From NCBI RefSeq assembly GCF_009914755.1, contig NC_060925.1: 64,000 bases of DNA; one strand, 5' to 3'. The translations under genes were made by a program, and so were the position numbers. The notes under the pieces are model-generated. The model was not told the DNA's origin. It made no database searches and saw only the letters and a list, made by a program, of their open reading frames with translations. The first letter of the stretch is position 1. Each line of letters starts with the position of its first letter. Origin of the DNA: the human T2T-CHM13v2.0 reference genome, Homo sapiens. This document shows, one piece after another, positions 15,772-31,374 of the stretch.

Positions 15772-16065
15772 GGCCAGGCCTGGTGGTTCATACCTGTAAC
15801 CCCAGTGCTTTGGGAGACTGAAGCAGGAGGATCACTCGAGGCCAGGAGCTGGCATAGCAAGACCCTAACTCTATAAAAAAAAAAAAAAATTAAAAAATGA
15901 GCCAGGCATGGTGGTGCCCACCTGTAGTCCTAGCTGCTTGGGAGGTCGAGGCAGGAGGATCACTTAAGCCCAGGAGTTAGAGGCTGCACTGAGCTATAAT
16001 TGCATCACTGCACTTCAGCCTGGGTGACAGAACAAGACCCTGTCTCTTAAAAAAAAAAAAGTAAA
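15772..16065 (+). mobile_element. Alu (J-like)
   Basis: Diverged dimer with an internal deletion. Confidence 0.9.
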
Positions 16066-16498
16066 TAAATAACTAAATAAAATAGGAATAATAAAGTTCC
16101 TGTTGGTGTAGTTGTCAAGATGAAATGAGGGAATGTCTGAGCAGAGTATGGCACATACAGGGCACTCTGTGAGTGTTTGTTTCTGTCCCTCCTCATTCAC
16201 CAAGGTGATCAGCCTGATGTCCAACCCTAACAGCTTCCTCATCCCACGCACCCTTGATAATACCCTTTACTTTCCAGAATCTCCCTTTGCCATCTCCTGT
16301 TCTTTCACCACTGCCCCTCTGAAACTAGCCACCAGGTCCCCTGGCATCCTGGTATTACAGATCTAGCTTAGCCTCTGAGACCACCAAGCCATCCCCTTCC
16401 CCCATCTCTTACAGAATACATAAGATTCTTATAATAAAATATCAACTTTTTTTTGTTTAGAAACATGTAACAGGAAATAAATGTCCTCAGGATTGTAA

Positions 16499-16973
<475 letters not shown>

Positions 16974-18890
16974 AGAGCACTGGTATTTTATGAAGCCTCT
17001 ATCGGGGCTATTTAGAGCAAGCACAGCACGGCGCTGATGCGGGGAAGAGGAGGTAAAAGATTGTGGATGCAGCAGCACTGGCACATGCAGAGCTGCAATT
17101 TCCAAGGCCTCCTCACTGCCCTCCCTTAGTGAAAGGGAGTTGGAGTGGCAAGGGGTCTGTAGCGTGGGTTCCGACTCCCGATGGGCCTGGGTTCAAGTCC
17201 TGACCCAGCCACATATAGCTGTGTGACCTTGGATAAATCACTGCCCCTCTCAGAGTCTCTTCTTTAGGACTGGTTTAATATTGATGCCTACCATCTCTGA
17301 GCGCTTGGAATGATGACAATTACGCATGCAAAGCTTAGTACCTGGCATAAGGCAAGAGCGTCATAGACACCCGTTACCACTGTTTTATCCCCATGGAGAA
17401 GACCACATGCTCTTCAGAACTAAGAAGCCCAATCCCACACGGTCAGCTCCTTAAGTGAACACATTTTTGTCCACTCCCAAATATCTAGAAGCATGACTTC
17501 GTGCCCTGTCAGAACCAGTGTGTTTTCAGATTGTACCACCCCCTGCTAGTTTAATGTAACTAACCTATGGTTGGCCACATTTTTGGAAAATAACATTGTT
17601 TATTTGATCAAGATTCAGTAAACTGGGCTCAGAGCAATAATTGTCCCAGGGTGCGAGTAACAGATTTTATTTTTATTGATCAAAAAAAAGTTTTTATCTA
17701 AAACACATCAAACTTTTAAAAGGCGTCAACAGCAGGATCAAATTGGATTTTAACTCCTTTAAAAAGTGGCTCCTTCAGGAACCCATTCCAAAGATGTCCG
17801 ACCCTTTGCAGTGAGATACTCAAACCCCAGGGTGGATGAGGGATTCCACGGGCAAGGGAGGTTATTTTGGAGCCATAATGAAGACACTGCATTTGCATTT
17901 GGGGGCCCTCTGAGCAGCTGAGACATCTGGAAGCAGAAGGGGGAATTCGACGGAATATCTGTGTGTTGGTTTAGAGTGTCAGTCCTCGACCTCTTGGAAC
18001 TGTTCAGCTGGCTAGCTGGGGCTTCCAGCGTGGGGCCAGGTGTCTGGTGTTGCATAAATACATCTCTAATGAAATTATTGTACAAAACAATCCTAACACA
18101 CTCACCAACAATCACGTTGGCTTGAAGAGCAAACTATTTGGAACATTGCACCTTATTGCACAGATCTGGCCATATAGGAGGACGCAATTCTTTGACTCCT
18201 TCAACAAATGTCTGTTGAGCAATTACCATGGGCCAGGCCCTCTTCTGGGCATTGAGGATAAAGCAATGAATAAAACAGATAAAATCCTTATCTTCTTGGA
18301 GCGGAAACAGGGTTCCTCCAAATAATTCAAGAGGGGAGGCTGGAAGACAGCTCATGGAGGAGGTAGGTGTCCGGTGTGGTTCCTGACTTCAGTCTTTTAA
18401 AGGCCACTCTCCTGATACTATGACGGCTCTTTCTCCTTGCAAACACCAGTGACACACCTGATTGCTGAACACAAAGGAAAAGATGGTGAGGAGAAACGGG
18501 ACTTAGGGAAAGAGCCAGGGTGGAGAAGAAGAGGTGAAAAGAGGTGAGTTCAGAGCCCGGAGCAGGCAGGGAGGCAGGCTTCCAGGCTGTGGTCTGTCAA
18601 GAATCTGATGGCACAGCCACCATGGCAAGTTGCAGGAGCAGGCACAGAGAAAGAAGTTCCTCCTCCAAGCTGGCCCCCTTGGCATCGTCTCCACCCTTCC
18701 CATGTGAAAAAGATCCAGGGCTTTGGAGCCACGAGGGGCTAGGGCATGGCACCGCTGTCTGTCCCCCTTTTTCCACTGTGCTGATGGGTGAGAGGGGTTG
18801 TGTGTTTCTCCCCAGGCTCTTGCTCCCTTTCACAGAGCAGCGTGGTCCTGTTTATTTGCTGATGCTGGTTTTCTCTGCATTTCTATAGAA

Positions 18891-19050
18891 CAGTGGTTCT
18901 CAAATTGTGAACCACCCCCACCAACAGCAGTGGCAGCATCATCTGGGAACTTGCTGGGAATGAGACTTCCTAGGCTCCCTCATGGGGCCCAACAACCTGT
19001 GTTTCCAGAGGCCCTCTAGGTGATTCTGATGCTGCTAACACTTGACAGCT
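18891..19050. mobile_element. MER5A-like hAT relic
   Basis: cagtggttctcaaa...ggcagcatcatctgggaacttg...aggtgattctgatgc. Confidence 0.65.
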
Positions 19051-21871
19051 GGTCTAGAAGATGTTGGGGAGGTGGCTTGCTTTGCTTAAAATGCATTCAT
19101 TGGCTTCGGTGTCTGCCCCACCTGGGTTTGGATGGAGACTTTGCTGCTTAGCATCTGAGCAAGTCTGCACCTCTTTTTGAGTGTTTGAAAGAGTCCTCTT
19201 CCCACGAGATGATTGTGAGGGTTCTATGAAAGGATGTAGTGCACGATGACTTCCTGGGACATAGTGGACCCTCAGCAGCCCCCTTCTTTCCTCTGTGGCT
19301 GCCTTACCTGACACACGCCCACCATGAAAAAAAGCCGAAAGTGTCCAATAGGCACGTGCCGATCGCCTTGGAAAAATCAACCTCACCAACTCTGACAGCA
19401 ACAGAACCACAGCATCTTAGAATCACAGAATCTTAAGATGTTAGAACCAAAAAGGGAATATTTAGCCCCACCCAGCCTACCCAGTTTTTATGGGTGAAGG
19501 AACAGAGGCTCAGAGAGACCACCTACCTGGCCAAGGTGACATAGCATGTCAGGGCATCTCTCCTCTCCCCAGCCCAATTGCATGCCGGTGCTGTCCTGGG
19601 CTCTGGAGGTGGGGTAATTAATACATCAGATACAGCCCAGGACCCCTTCTCAGGCTGTCCCCCCAACCCCACCTGCTGTCCTGCTCTCTGAACAGCTTTG
19701 CAGAGACTCTTAGCCAGGAAGCCGAAATGAGCCCCCGGCTGCTTTTTGTAAACAGCTTTTGAAGTCTCATTTTCTGTCGCAGCTCTCATAACTAGCTCAG
19801 AACGGGGCTCATACCTGTGTTCGACCCCGATGTGTTGAGTGAATTCATATCTTGAAGGCATGGCTCTAAGTTCGAGTCTCTCTTTCACTTCTTCTCTTGG
19901 TGGTGTCTCGGGGGCCAGGAGTCCCGGCAGCGGGGAGATGCAGCAGGCCCCAGGGTCGCTCCCCTGATCAGGGCAGGTGACAGCCCTCACTTAGCCTCCC
20001 ATCTGCCCACCAGCATCCCTGCACCAGGAGCTGGCTCCAAGCCGGGGTCCGCTCAGGACCAAGTTTTCCAGGGTTGGGGCATCTGCCTGACATAATACGT
20101 AACAGTAATTAAGAAATAAGCCACCTCGCCCAGCTTCACAGCAATCATTTGGCTAAGTAACTACCATGGTCCAGTGCCTCAAAAATCACCATTAGAGTAC
20201 GCTCCTTATGGCCATAAAATTTCTCGTTTTCTGCCTTTCACCAGCCTCCCCCTGCCATCTTCGCCTTGCTTTATTTATACATTCGTCCTCAAACAATGGC
20301 AATAAACTCTTTCCCAGAGTGTTGCAAATCAGAAATTTGTCCACATTTTTCCACCACCTTCCACTGTGGACCTGCTCTGCCTGGGAACGGCCCATCCAGG
20401 CCAGCTGGAGAGGGCTGGGTTGCAGTAGATTGATGGGGGCACGACAGGTTGGGGTTGCTGGGGAGAGAGGGTGGGGAGGGGGGCAGCGGGAGAATGCACC
20501 ATGAAAGGCCTCTCGCTGCCCAGCGACCAGCCGGAGACACAAGAGGCCCATGAGTGGCTGGGGGAGGGGAGGGGAGGGGAGGGGAAGTTGGGGGAGGAGA
20601 GGGGAAAGGAAGGATAAGTCTTCCCCACCCCCTTCTCCTAAGAGGAAAAGAGGGGGATTGGGGGATCCTGGGAGGCAGGGCAGGCCCCAGGCAGAATGGG
20701 AGGGTGATGAAATTGGTCCTTCCCCTCCCCCACAGGAAGCAGATGATCTCAGGGTGTCCTGTAGCTCATGCTGCACACGCAACTTAGGATCATAGTCCCT
20801 TCTGAAACTCCTCACCACCCCCACCAGTCAATGATCCTTTCTCCAGCAACAGGCATTGTTGAGAGCCAGCCCCGCTGTATGCCTGGCACTGTCCTGAACC
20901 CTGAAGGTGGAGTTTATCCATCAGATACAGCCCAGACCCCTTCTCAGGGGGCTGTTCTTTGAGATCCAGGAAGACCCCTTGGTTTTAGGGGTAGGGAAAA
21001 TGCAGCTCAGAGAGGGGTTTAGAGGTGAAGTCAGGGACAAACTTCAGGGTTTCAACCCCAAGCCCCCTCGTCTTTACAGCCAGCCCACGGGCTCCTGGGG
21101 GATGCCCCTCTGGGCAAGGTGAAGAGTCCTCTCATCTAAATGGGGCATGCTAGCTGACTGTAGGTGATTTGGGGGACACTTCCGCCCTGACAACTCGTGT
21201 TTTAATCTGGCATTCCTGGAGGCAGTAGCAGGGGAAATAACCAAGTTGATGGCTTTGGTGTTGGTGTCTCCAGAGGGTGAAGTCTGTTTCATAGGGTGGG
21301 CTTCTCAGGTGGAGATCTTGTTTCTAAGGGGGGCGGCATGGCCTCCATTACAGCAACTGCCCCAGTGGTGGGGGTGTCAGGCTTATGTTTCCAGTGATCC
21401 TGCTTGACTTTCTCATCAGCACTCCAGGACCGGCGCACAGCAGACCCATCTTTCGGAGAGTGGGTCTCTTTCATGGTGGCATGATCCTGAGACCCCTAGT
21501 TCCTGTTGCAATGAACATTCACTGCTGTAGCTTTTGTTAGTGTGGTTTGTGAGGCACCAGTGGGTGCTTGGTGAACACCTGTTGGGCACATGCTTCTCTG
21601 TACACCTTGTTAGGTGCACAGAATGTTAGGTTTCAGAGTTTTCCTGGGAGGCCTATTTGAAGGAAGATAGAAATGTGGGGATAGACGGGAAGCTGGAAGC
21701 ATAGAAATAACTCTGGAGGGAAAAGAAACTGGCACAGAGTCCTGGGAGAGAAGCTGTGACTCTGGGGAAGCTTAATCAGTTCTCCTTGCTGTGTGTGTAA
21801 TGATGAGGGTCCGTGGCTTCTTTATTTAACTGATGGCTGCAGTTCCTTTAGACTGTGATTAAAAGCATTCT

Positions 21872-22190
21872 AGCCAGGCGCAGTGGCTCACGGCTGTAAT
21901 CTCAGCACTTTGGGAGGCTGAGGTGGGCAGATCACAAAGTCAGGAGTTCAAGACCAGCCTGACCAATATGGTGCAACCCTGTCTCTACTAAGCATACAAA
22001 AATTAGCCGGGCGTGGTGGCATTCTCCTGTAGTCCCAGCTACTCCGGAGGCTGAGGCAGGAGAAATGCTTCAACCCAGGAGGTGGAGGTTACACTGAGCC
22101 AAGATCGTGCCACTGCACTCCAGCCTGGGTGACAGAGCGAGACTCCGTCTGAAAAAAAAAAAAAAGAAAAAGAAAAGAAAGAAAGAAAAG
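21872..22190 (+). mobile_element. Alu
   Basis: Full dimer with A/G tail. Confidence 0.94.
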
Positions 22191-22198
22191 AAGCATTT

Positions 22199-22484
22199 AG
22201 CCGGGCGCAGTGGCTCACGCCTGTAATCCCAGCACTTTGGGAGGCCGAAGCAGGTGGATTACCTGAGGTTGGGAATTCGTGACCAGCCTGACCAACATGG
22301 AGAAACCCTGTTTCTACTAAAAATACAAAATTAGCTGAGCATGGTGGTGCATGCCTACTCAAGAGGCTGAGACAGGAGAATCGCTTGAACCCAGGAGGCG
22401 GAGGTTGCAGTGAGCCGAGATTGTGCCATTGCACTCCAGCTTGGACAACAAGAGCAAAACTCTATCTCAAAAATAAAAAAAAAA
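22199..22484 (+). mobile_element. Alu (Sp-like)
   Basis: gaccaacatggagaaacc diagnostic; small deletion in the right arm. Confidence 0.93.
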
Positions 22485-24776
22485 GTGTTCTAGAATGATA
22501 GGAACTACAGAGCTGTTCTTAGTTACCCTGCCCTCGAGTAATGCCCGATATAAGAAAAAATAGAGTTTCCATCCTCGAGGAACTCCCTGTCTTATTGTAA
22601 AGGCACCATCTCTACCCTGAGCTGTCCTCAGTTTGATGGGGAGATGGACTTTCCACACATATCCACTAAAAGCTAATGATTAGTCTCCAGCAGGAGTTGA
22701 TACCAAGGGCTGAGAAGATGGCACAGGCAGCAAGTGCCACAGGGATTCAAGCAGAGTTCTCTGGATGTGGTAGTCCTGGAGGGCTTCATGGATTATGTGG
22801 CCTTCATGTCTAGATTGGGAGGATGGTGGGGTTAGACAACAGGAACTAATTTGAAGCCATCATCCCAGGGCACAAGTCGGTATGGAGGCTGGAAGTGGCT
22901 CTGCAGGGTGGGCATGTTTGAGCCTGTGCAGGAGACCTGGCATGGCACGCTCAGAAGTGCCCATCGCGATGGTTAAGAGGGCTCTGGGACTGGCTGCCTG
23001 GCCGTCACGGTCACTCTGCCATTGAGTTACTTAACCCCTTTGAGCCTCAGTTTTCACACCTGTAAAATGGGGCTAATAGAAATACTGATGAGCATTGTAG
23101 TGAGGTGTTGTGATTTGCTACAGGAAAGGTGCTTCGTAAGGTCAAAGCACACCAGCAGCGGTTTGAACGCTTCTTCTCTGTGGCCTTCACACCCAGCCCC
23201 ACTGGGGGATGCTGCATGGGTTCACAGAGCCCCATCTTCAGGGTAGAGTGAGCCCCAGGTTTAAGTCCTTCTTCATGGCTGAGCCCGGAAGCAGGGAGTT
23301 ACATGGACAGAGGGACGAGGCCCAAAGCCATTTTCCATCTCCACCTCCAAACAACTTTCCAACTGGACACAGCCCCTGTGTCTCCCAGGGCTCCAGCACT
23401 GAGGAGGGGTGAGGGCGTGGGGAGGGGGAGAAGGAGGGTCCCGCAGGCTTGGCCTCTCAGGCATATGGTCCTTTCACAGCCGCTTTGTGGGGCGCGGATG
23501 GGTGGTCAGGCTGCCTTTTCCTTTCCATGCCGGGCAGCTTCATCTGGCCACTGGAGCCCCAGCTGCTGCTCTTTCCCCTCTGCTGATTTTGAGACCTCTC
23601 CTTAGGCCTCCCCTGCTCCAGCTTCCTGGGCGTCTGTCTTCCTCTGGCCCCTTAGTGCCTCTAGCATTTATGCTACAGCTGAATCACTTACCTGAGACCA
23701 CCTGGCCCCCTCTTCTCTGTAGGTACATTTTGCATCCAGGACAGATTTCTGGGAAAAGGATGGGATGGGATGGACGTGGGGTCTGTAGGCATGGCTTGGG
23801 GATCTGCAAAGCCTCCACCGTGGAAGAATAAGGAAAGGATGACAAAGGCATGTTCATTCATTCAGTCAGTTGTTCATTCATTCAGGCATTTGTTCATTCA
23901 TTCATCCATGCATTCATTCCTTGCCTTTGTGTTTTGCGCCAGGCAACTGTGCTTGCCTCTGAGGGATACAGAAGTAAAATAGGTCCACACTACATGGAGG
24001 GGCCAATAATAACAATAGCAGCAATAATAATCGCTAACATGGATTGGGTGCTTACTGAGTACCTGGAACTGTTCTTGCCTTGCAGTAATTCCTTTCATCT
24101 TTGTGCATGACAACTCTGTGGGGTTGGTACTATTCTTGTCCTCATTTTACAGATGAGGAAATTGAGGCCCAGAGGGATGAAGTTACTTTCCTAGGTTAGT
24201 GGGGGGCTGGGACAGTTGTATCAAGGGTACCTCTGTCTGTGTATTTCTCAAGGTTCCCACCCCTGGAGCTGCATCAGTACCCTAGGGAATAGGCAGGATG
24301 GCAGCTCTTATTCCCAGGGGGATGGATAAGCAAATAGAGATTCCAAGAGGACAAGTGACAAGTGACATGCTCAGGGTCACACAGCAGGTCATGGATGAGC
24401 CCAGAGTGCCAACTCCCCACCTGCCAGGCTTCTGTTCTGAAGGAGAGGAGAGACTGGGTCTGGGATTGGTGGCTGGCAGGCTGGCCAGCCCAGGAGCGCC
24501 TGTCACACACAAGGCTGGGAGCTCAGCCTCCATCTAGTTTTCCTCACCTCCCCTCCTCCTTTCTGTCTCCCATCACTCTCACCATTTAGAAATAACAAGA
24601 ACGAGGCTCAGGACTTAAACATACCCAGGAGTTATGGCTGGTAGGAGGCAGATTCCGCACTCAAACCCAGGTCCGTCTGACCTCACTGCCTCTACTCTTC
24701 TCACCTCTCCCCCAGTGCCAGCCCTTGCTACCTCCACCACACTTTGTAAGATAGGACCAAGCGGGCAAGCCCTTCA

Positions 24777-25345
<569 letters not shown>

Positions 25346-25757
25346 TCACAGCTGCCACCCCTTCCAAAACTCCATATTAGCTGCACAGGACACCAGCATG
25401 TTAAAGAGACCAAGTTAGAAGGGTCCTCATGATATCTTCAACTTCAACCTCTTGCTTCATCTCCCATATGTGCTTTGTGCTTGGTTCACAGCTTGGCGCA
25501 GAAGAAAGAGCTCTGGGTCTGCCACGAGAATACAGGGCTCTGAATTCTGTCCATGCAACTACACAGTACCATTTCCAGCAGTACTACTTCCTTCTTCCTA
25601 GAAAGGCTCTTTCCTGGCAGGAATGTATACACAGTGCCCTCTAGTGTCTAAGGACAGTACCATGCTGCTAGCAGAGAGCCAGGATCAGAGAATGCCCCAC
25701 TGCAGTTTCCCCTTGCATCAGATTTTGTGGTGCAAATCATCTACCTAGGGCTTAGAA

Positions 25758-26096
<339 letters not shown>

Positions 26097-27563
26097 TAAA
26101 ATCCGGCCTGGTGGGGTTCGATGGGAGCTCCCTGGAGAAAAAGTTTTGTCAAGTTTTGTGAACAAGGTGAGAGTCCAACTCTGGCTTTCCTAAAGACACT
26201 CTCCTCCCTCCCTCCTCTCCTTGAGTTGGGAGAGTGAAATTGAACCTGTGGGGGTCTCTCAGTCACTGGGAGAGAGTGTAGGATTTGGAGTCAGACAGAG
26301 CATATTTGGATCCTCACATTGCCAATGCTTCCTAGCCCCCAGGAGGCCTCTGGGGCAGCCAGAGGACCTGGCCATGGAGCCTGAGGCCTAGGTTCTGGTT
26401 AGGGGCCGGTGGGACCCTTCAGACGTCAGCATGGAGGAGTCTTGCCCTTTGCCAGCTGTTGGGCCCCATGGAGGGGGAGGAGCCATGTTGCCCCCTTTCT
26501 AGAATCTCCTTCGAGAAGAAGCAAGAAGTGTTCTCCCTGGATCAATGCCAGCTCACCCTGTCTTCTTCCCAGTGGAGAACTGGGGATGGGAGGAGCAGCC
26601 TGAAGTGGGCGGGACTCCAGCCCTAGAAAACCCCACATTAGAATCCCACCCTGCCACCTTCTGGCAGTGGCCCTGGGCAAGTCCCTGAGACTCTGAGCTG
26701 CCACCCCCTCCTCTGGGGCCAGCAACTTGGTGGTTTAGCCTTGGTCCAAGGGCTGGAGATAATGGACTCCCCAGATGTGCTGTGGCCTTAAGACATTCTC
26801 GGCCCCTCCTGGGTCTGCCTGGGAAGGGGAGAGAGGAGGTGCTGCCGGGCTGTGGGGGCGGGGTAGGCAGGACCTAGGGAGTTGATGGAGAACCCATCTT
26901 TCAAGGACTGGTCTCAAGGGGAATATGCAGAGCCCCCTCCCTGCTCCTGTACCCTCACTCAATCCCCTTCTCCACCTGTCCCTGCACAGCTGCCCAGCTG
27001 CCTGGGTGGGGCAGGGCACCTGGCTGGGGTCCCTGCTCACCAGGACAGGGGAGTACCTGTGTGGGGGAAGTGGATGGGGGTCAGGAAAGTGGTCAGCTAC
27101 AGCCAGAAACCAGAGCAGGGCCAACTGGTCAGGCGGTTGACTCAGTGGCTCTATCCAGGACCTGACCTCCCCTCCACCCATCTCCCCTGCACCCCCAGAG
27201 TAGGGCTGGGTTGATTTCACCTTTGAACTCCTAGATACTGGGACTGAGTGAGCACACAGACACATTTGAAATGAATCAAGCGTGGATAGTTTTGCTCTGT
27301 CTCAGCAATGAGAATGCAGCTATGGATACCTTAGACCCAGAGCACCGAGGAAGGCTTACCTGTCCCCGGCACTGTTGTTTTTCTAAATTTCGTTTTCTTT
27401 GAACATTCAGTTGTTACCAACCCAGCACTACTTTATGTGCCGTAAGATACCAAGTCATTTTATCATCCATTCATTCATGCAACAAATATTTGAGTGTCCA
27501 CTTTGTGCTGAGCATTGGAGATTCGGCAACGAATCAATGAATTTGAATGAATTTGGACAGTCA

Positions 27564-27905
<342 letters not shown>

Positions 27906-29945
27906 CCCATCCTTGTGGAGTGTGCGGTGGGTGGTGGATGGGTGCTGGGGACAGATGACAAAACAGAATACATAGCACGTCTGTGATTGTGCTGAGGGAG
28001 GGTCGAGGGTTTCTCTGTTATTATCTGTGTTTTCACATGTGGGGGCCACAGAATCCAGCCAGACTGAGCCCGGAGTCTGTGCTCCTCAGTGCCCGCTCTT
28101 CCTGGCCTGACCCGCTGCAAACTGCAGGGGTTCACCAGGCCATGAGGAGGGTGGGACAGGGCATGGGCAGAGGGCACAGCCTTTGCAAAGCCCTGCCATT
28201 GCTGGGGAAGAAGGTGGTGGCTGGAGTCCAGGAAGAGATGGGGTGGGCGGATGCCAGGACAGGTTCCAAGCTAACAGGGACTCGGGATCTCCTGGCCTCA
28301 GTGCTGGGCCAGCTGCATGAGAGGCGTGAAGGGAGAGGAGGGGATGAAGGACAGTGCTGGCTGGGTATGGTGCCCAATGCTGAGATGAGCTCCCAAAAGG
28401 AGTGTGAGCAGAAGAGGTGGACTGTAATGGGACGCTTCATCCTCTCCTGGGCCCCCAAGGAGGTTTAACTTGGATTCCAAGCCCCTGCCTCTCAGTCTGC
28501 TCCTCCGTCGCCCTGTCCTTGTGTGCAATCTGACTCCCGCAGCCACGCCCGAGCCCCGTACACCGTGCGCTGGTTACAGCTGAGCAGTTCCCTCGGAGGA
28601 GCAGGGAGGGCCCTTGCCATGGTCCCGGCTTGCCGGGCCCCCAGCTGAGCTGTAAATGACTTTTCCATTTTCTGAGACCTGCGCCCAGGCCTGTTTGGTA
28701 TTCAGAGACGCCTGGCCCACACTCGCCAGCTCTCAGCTCTGCCCGAATTACTTGATTAAAACGCATATCAACTATTATGTGATTCGTTTCTCTGCCGCAG
28801 CTCAACACCGGGGCCTATGTTAAACTGTAAGAAAAGCTGGGTTGGGAGGCTGCGGGAGAGGGGAGCGCAGAAGCAGGGGTGGGAGGGTTTCCGGAGGGTG
28901 TGAGGGAGGCTGAGAGAAGGACCCCAAACCTCAGGGCCACTGCCGGCCTCCACTGATCCGGGATGGGTGATTTAGAAATGGGTCAGCTCCTGGTCCTCTG
29001 TGAGCTGGGTAGATTCAGAGATTGTGGCCACCTTATTTCAAGGCTTTTCCTCTGGCAAAAGAGGGAGGAGGGAAAGGTTGGGGATGGAAGAGAAGCCACG
29101 TTGGTTTTCAGGACCAGAAATGGAATTTTCCATCACCCGGGAACTTGCTGTAGCCAAATTGGCCTTCTCCGGGCTGGGAGTCCTGAGTCCTGGGTTTACT
29201 TTGCAGCCCCACTGCCCTGAGACTCCACTGAACATCTGTAGAATGGGGATAACACTGCCTGCCTTCCCCTCCCCTTATTGGGAGAAACTGTTGGGACAAC
29301 AAAAGGGCTTGTAAACTGTAGAGTGTTGTGTGCAAGTTCGGGGGGTGACTGCTGCAGTGTGTCAGAGTTTAAGAGAGACTTTGCCAAGCTCTGTCAAGCT
29401 CTATTCATTCAAGAGGCCTTTATTGAGCACATGCTGTGTCCTAGGCATAGTCCCTGCCGCACTCAAGGATCTCCCAGACCAGTGAGACCCACAGACCCAT
29501 AAACAGTCTAGTTCAGTGTCTCCTGATGAGCTTTGAGAACGCCAAGAAAGGGAACTGAAATCACCTTGGATGGGCCCAGGAAGCCTTGCTGGGGGAGGTG
29601 GCCCAAGAGCTGGATGGTGCTGGGTGAGCACTCCCAGGAAGAGGGAAGGCACTCTGAGCAGAGGAAGCTCATGTTCAAAGGCGTCAAAGCAAGACCCACC
29701 TGGCTCACTCACTCACAGAAGCCATGAGTGGCTGGACAGGGAACTGTATGGGATGGCAAGGTGAGTGGGGACACATGGGCAAGGCCCATAGTGGTTGAGG
29801 CCTTGCTGGCGTGGCTGAGGCTTCCTGGCACATGCTGGCAGTCAGTGATGGCTTCCAGAGGTCAGTAGCTGTGAAAGGAGGCTTTGAAGGGAGAGGCAAA
29901 GGCTGGGGGAGAGATGATGGGAGCTGCCCCCAGCAACCTTCCATC

Positions 29946-29990
29946 CATCACCATCACCATCACCATCACCATCACCATCACCACCATCAC
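29946..29990. repeat. (CACCAT)n hexamer microsatellite
   Basis: 45 nt of catcac units; this is the source of the poly-His ORF in the track. Confidence 0.95.
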
Positions 29991-30879
29991 CTCAGCCTGG
30001 GCCGGACTTTGCCTGGCCAACTTGCTCCTGCCCACCCCAAAGCTTTGACAACGCAAATGGCTCCCAGCACCTTCCGCCCCTCATTCTGTCCTAAGGCTCT
30101 GCTGCTTTAACGAGCCACAAGCTGCCTTGATGTTTTACGTCTGTCCTGTGCCCCGGTTCATCTGGCAGTGTTTCCTCCACTGGACTGGAAAATCCCCAGG
30201 ACAAGGTGATACCTCCTCCATCTGACTGGGAGCTTCCTAAAACAGAGGCTGTTTCTCCCCCATGAGATTGGGAGGTCTCTCAGGTAGGAGCTGCAATTCT
30301 CCTTTGCTCAGTATGGACTGCTCCACATCCCTAACTAGAGACAGGATCCAGGAACTCAGAGAAAGCATCTCTCCCTGTATCCTTCTCTTTTGGGGCAATC
30401 TCCAGACCAGCACCCCCTGGGACCATCCCATTCCTTAGCTGTTTGATAGTGCGAGGGCAGGAGCCCAGGCTGGCCATGAGGCTGCTCCCCTACTGCGTAC
30501 CCCGAATCTGGCTGCCGTTTAATGAATGCGTTCCCATGTTCACTCCCCCCACGTCCCCCTCCTCGAACCAGCTGCCCAGGCTTCACCAAGGTACCTGCTT
30601 TTGGTACACAGAAGACTCAGCCCCAACCAGCAGGGCCTCTGTGGCCAATTCCACCTAATCCTGTTGATTAATTTAACTCTGAGGCTAAAGGATTTCCAGG
30701 GGTGGGGAGAGAGAAGGGCACCCCAAGAGAGTGGGGGTGCAGGAAGCTGAAGTGAGGTTGATGTGGTGGCATTGGGGCTCTTTGTGTCTTCTCACACTGC
30801 TTTGACCCTGTACTCCCCGCCCCGTTTCCTTTTCTGTCATCACCACCGTCATTGTCCTCATCATCAACAATAGTAATAG

Positions 30880-31374
<495 letters not shown>

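Noticed and set aside
20192-20824. 210-aa minus-strand ORF
   Set aside because: Non-ATG start, low-complexity Pro/Leu/Ser from purine tracts, no splice or homology support.
29811-30110. ORF with 15 consecutive His (looks like a His-tag or metal-binding peptide)
   Set aside because: Produced by a (CACCAT)n microsatellite. The ORF has a non-ATG start, no exon structure and no vector context.
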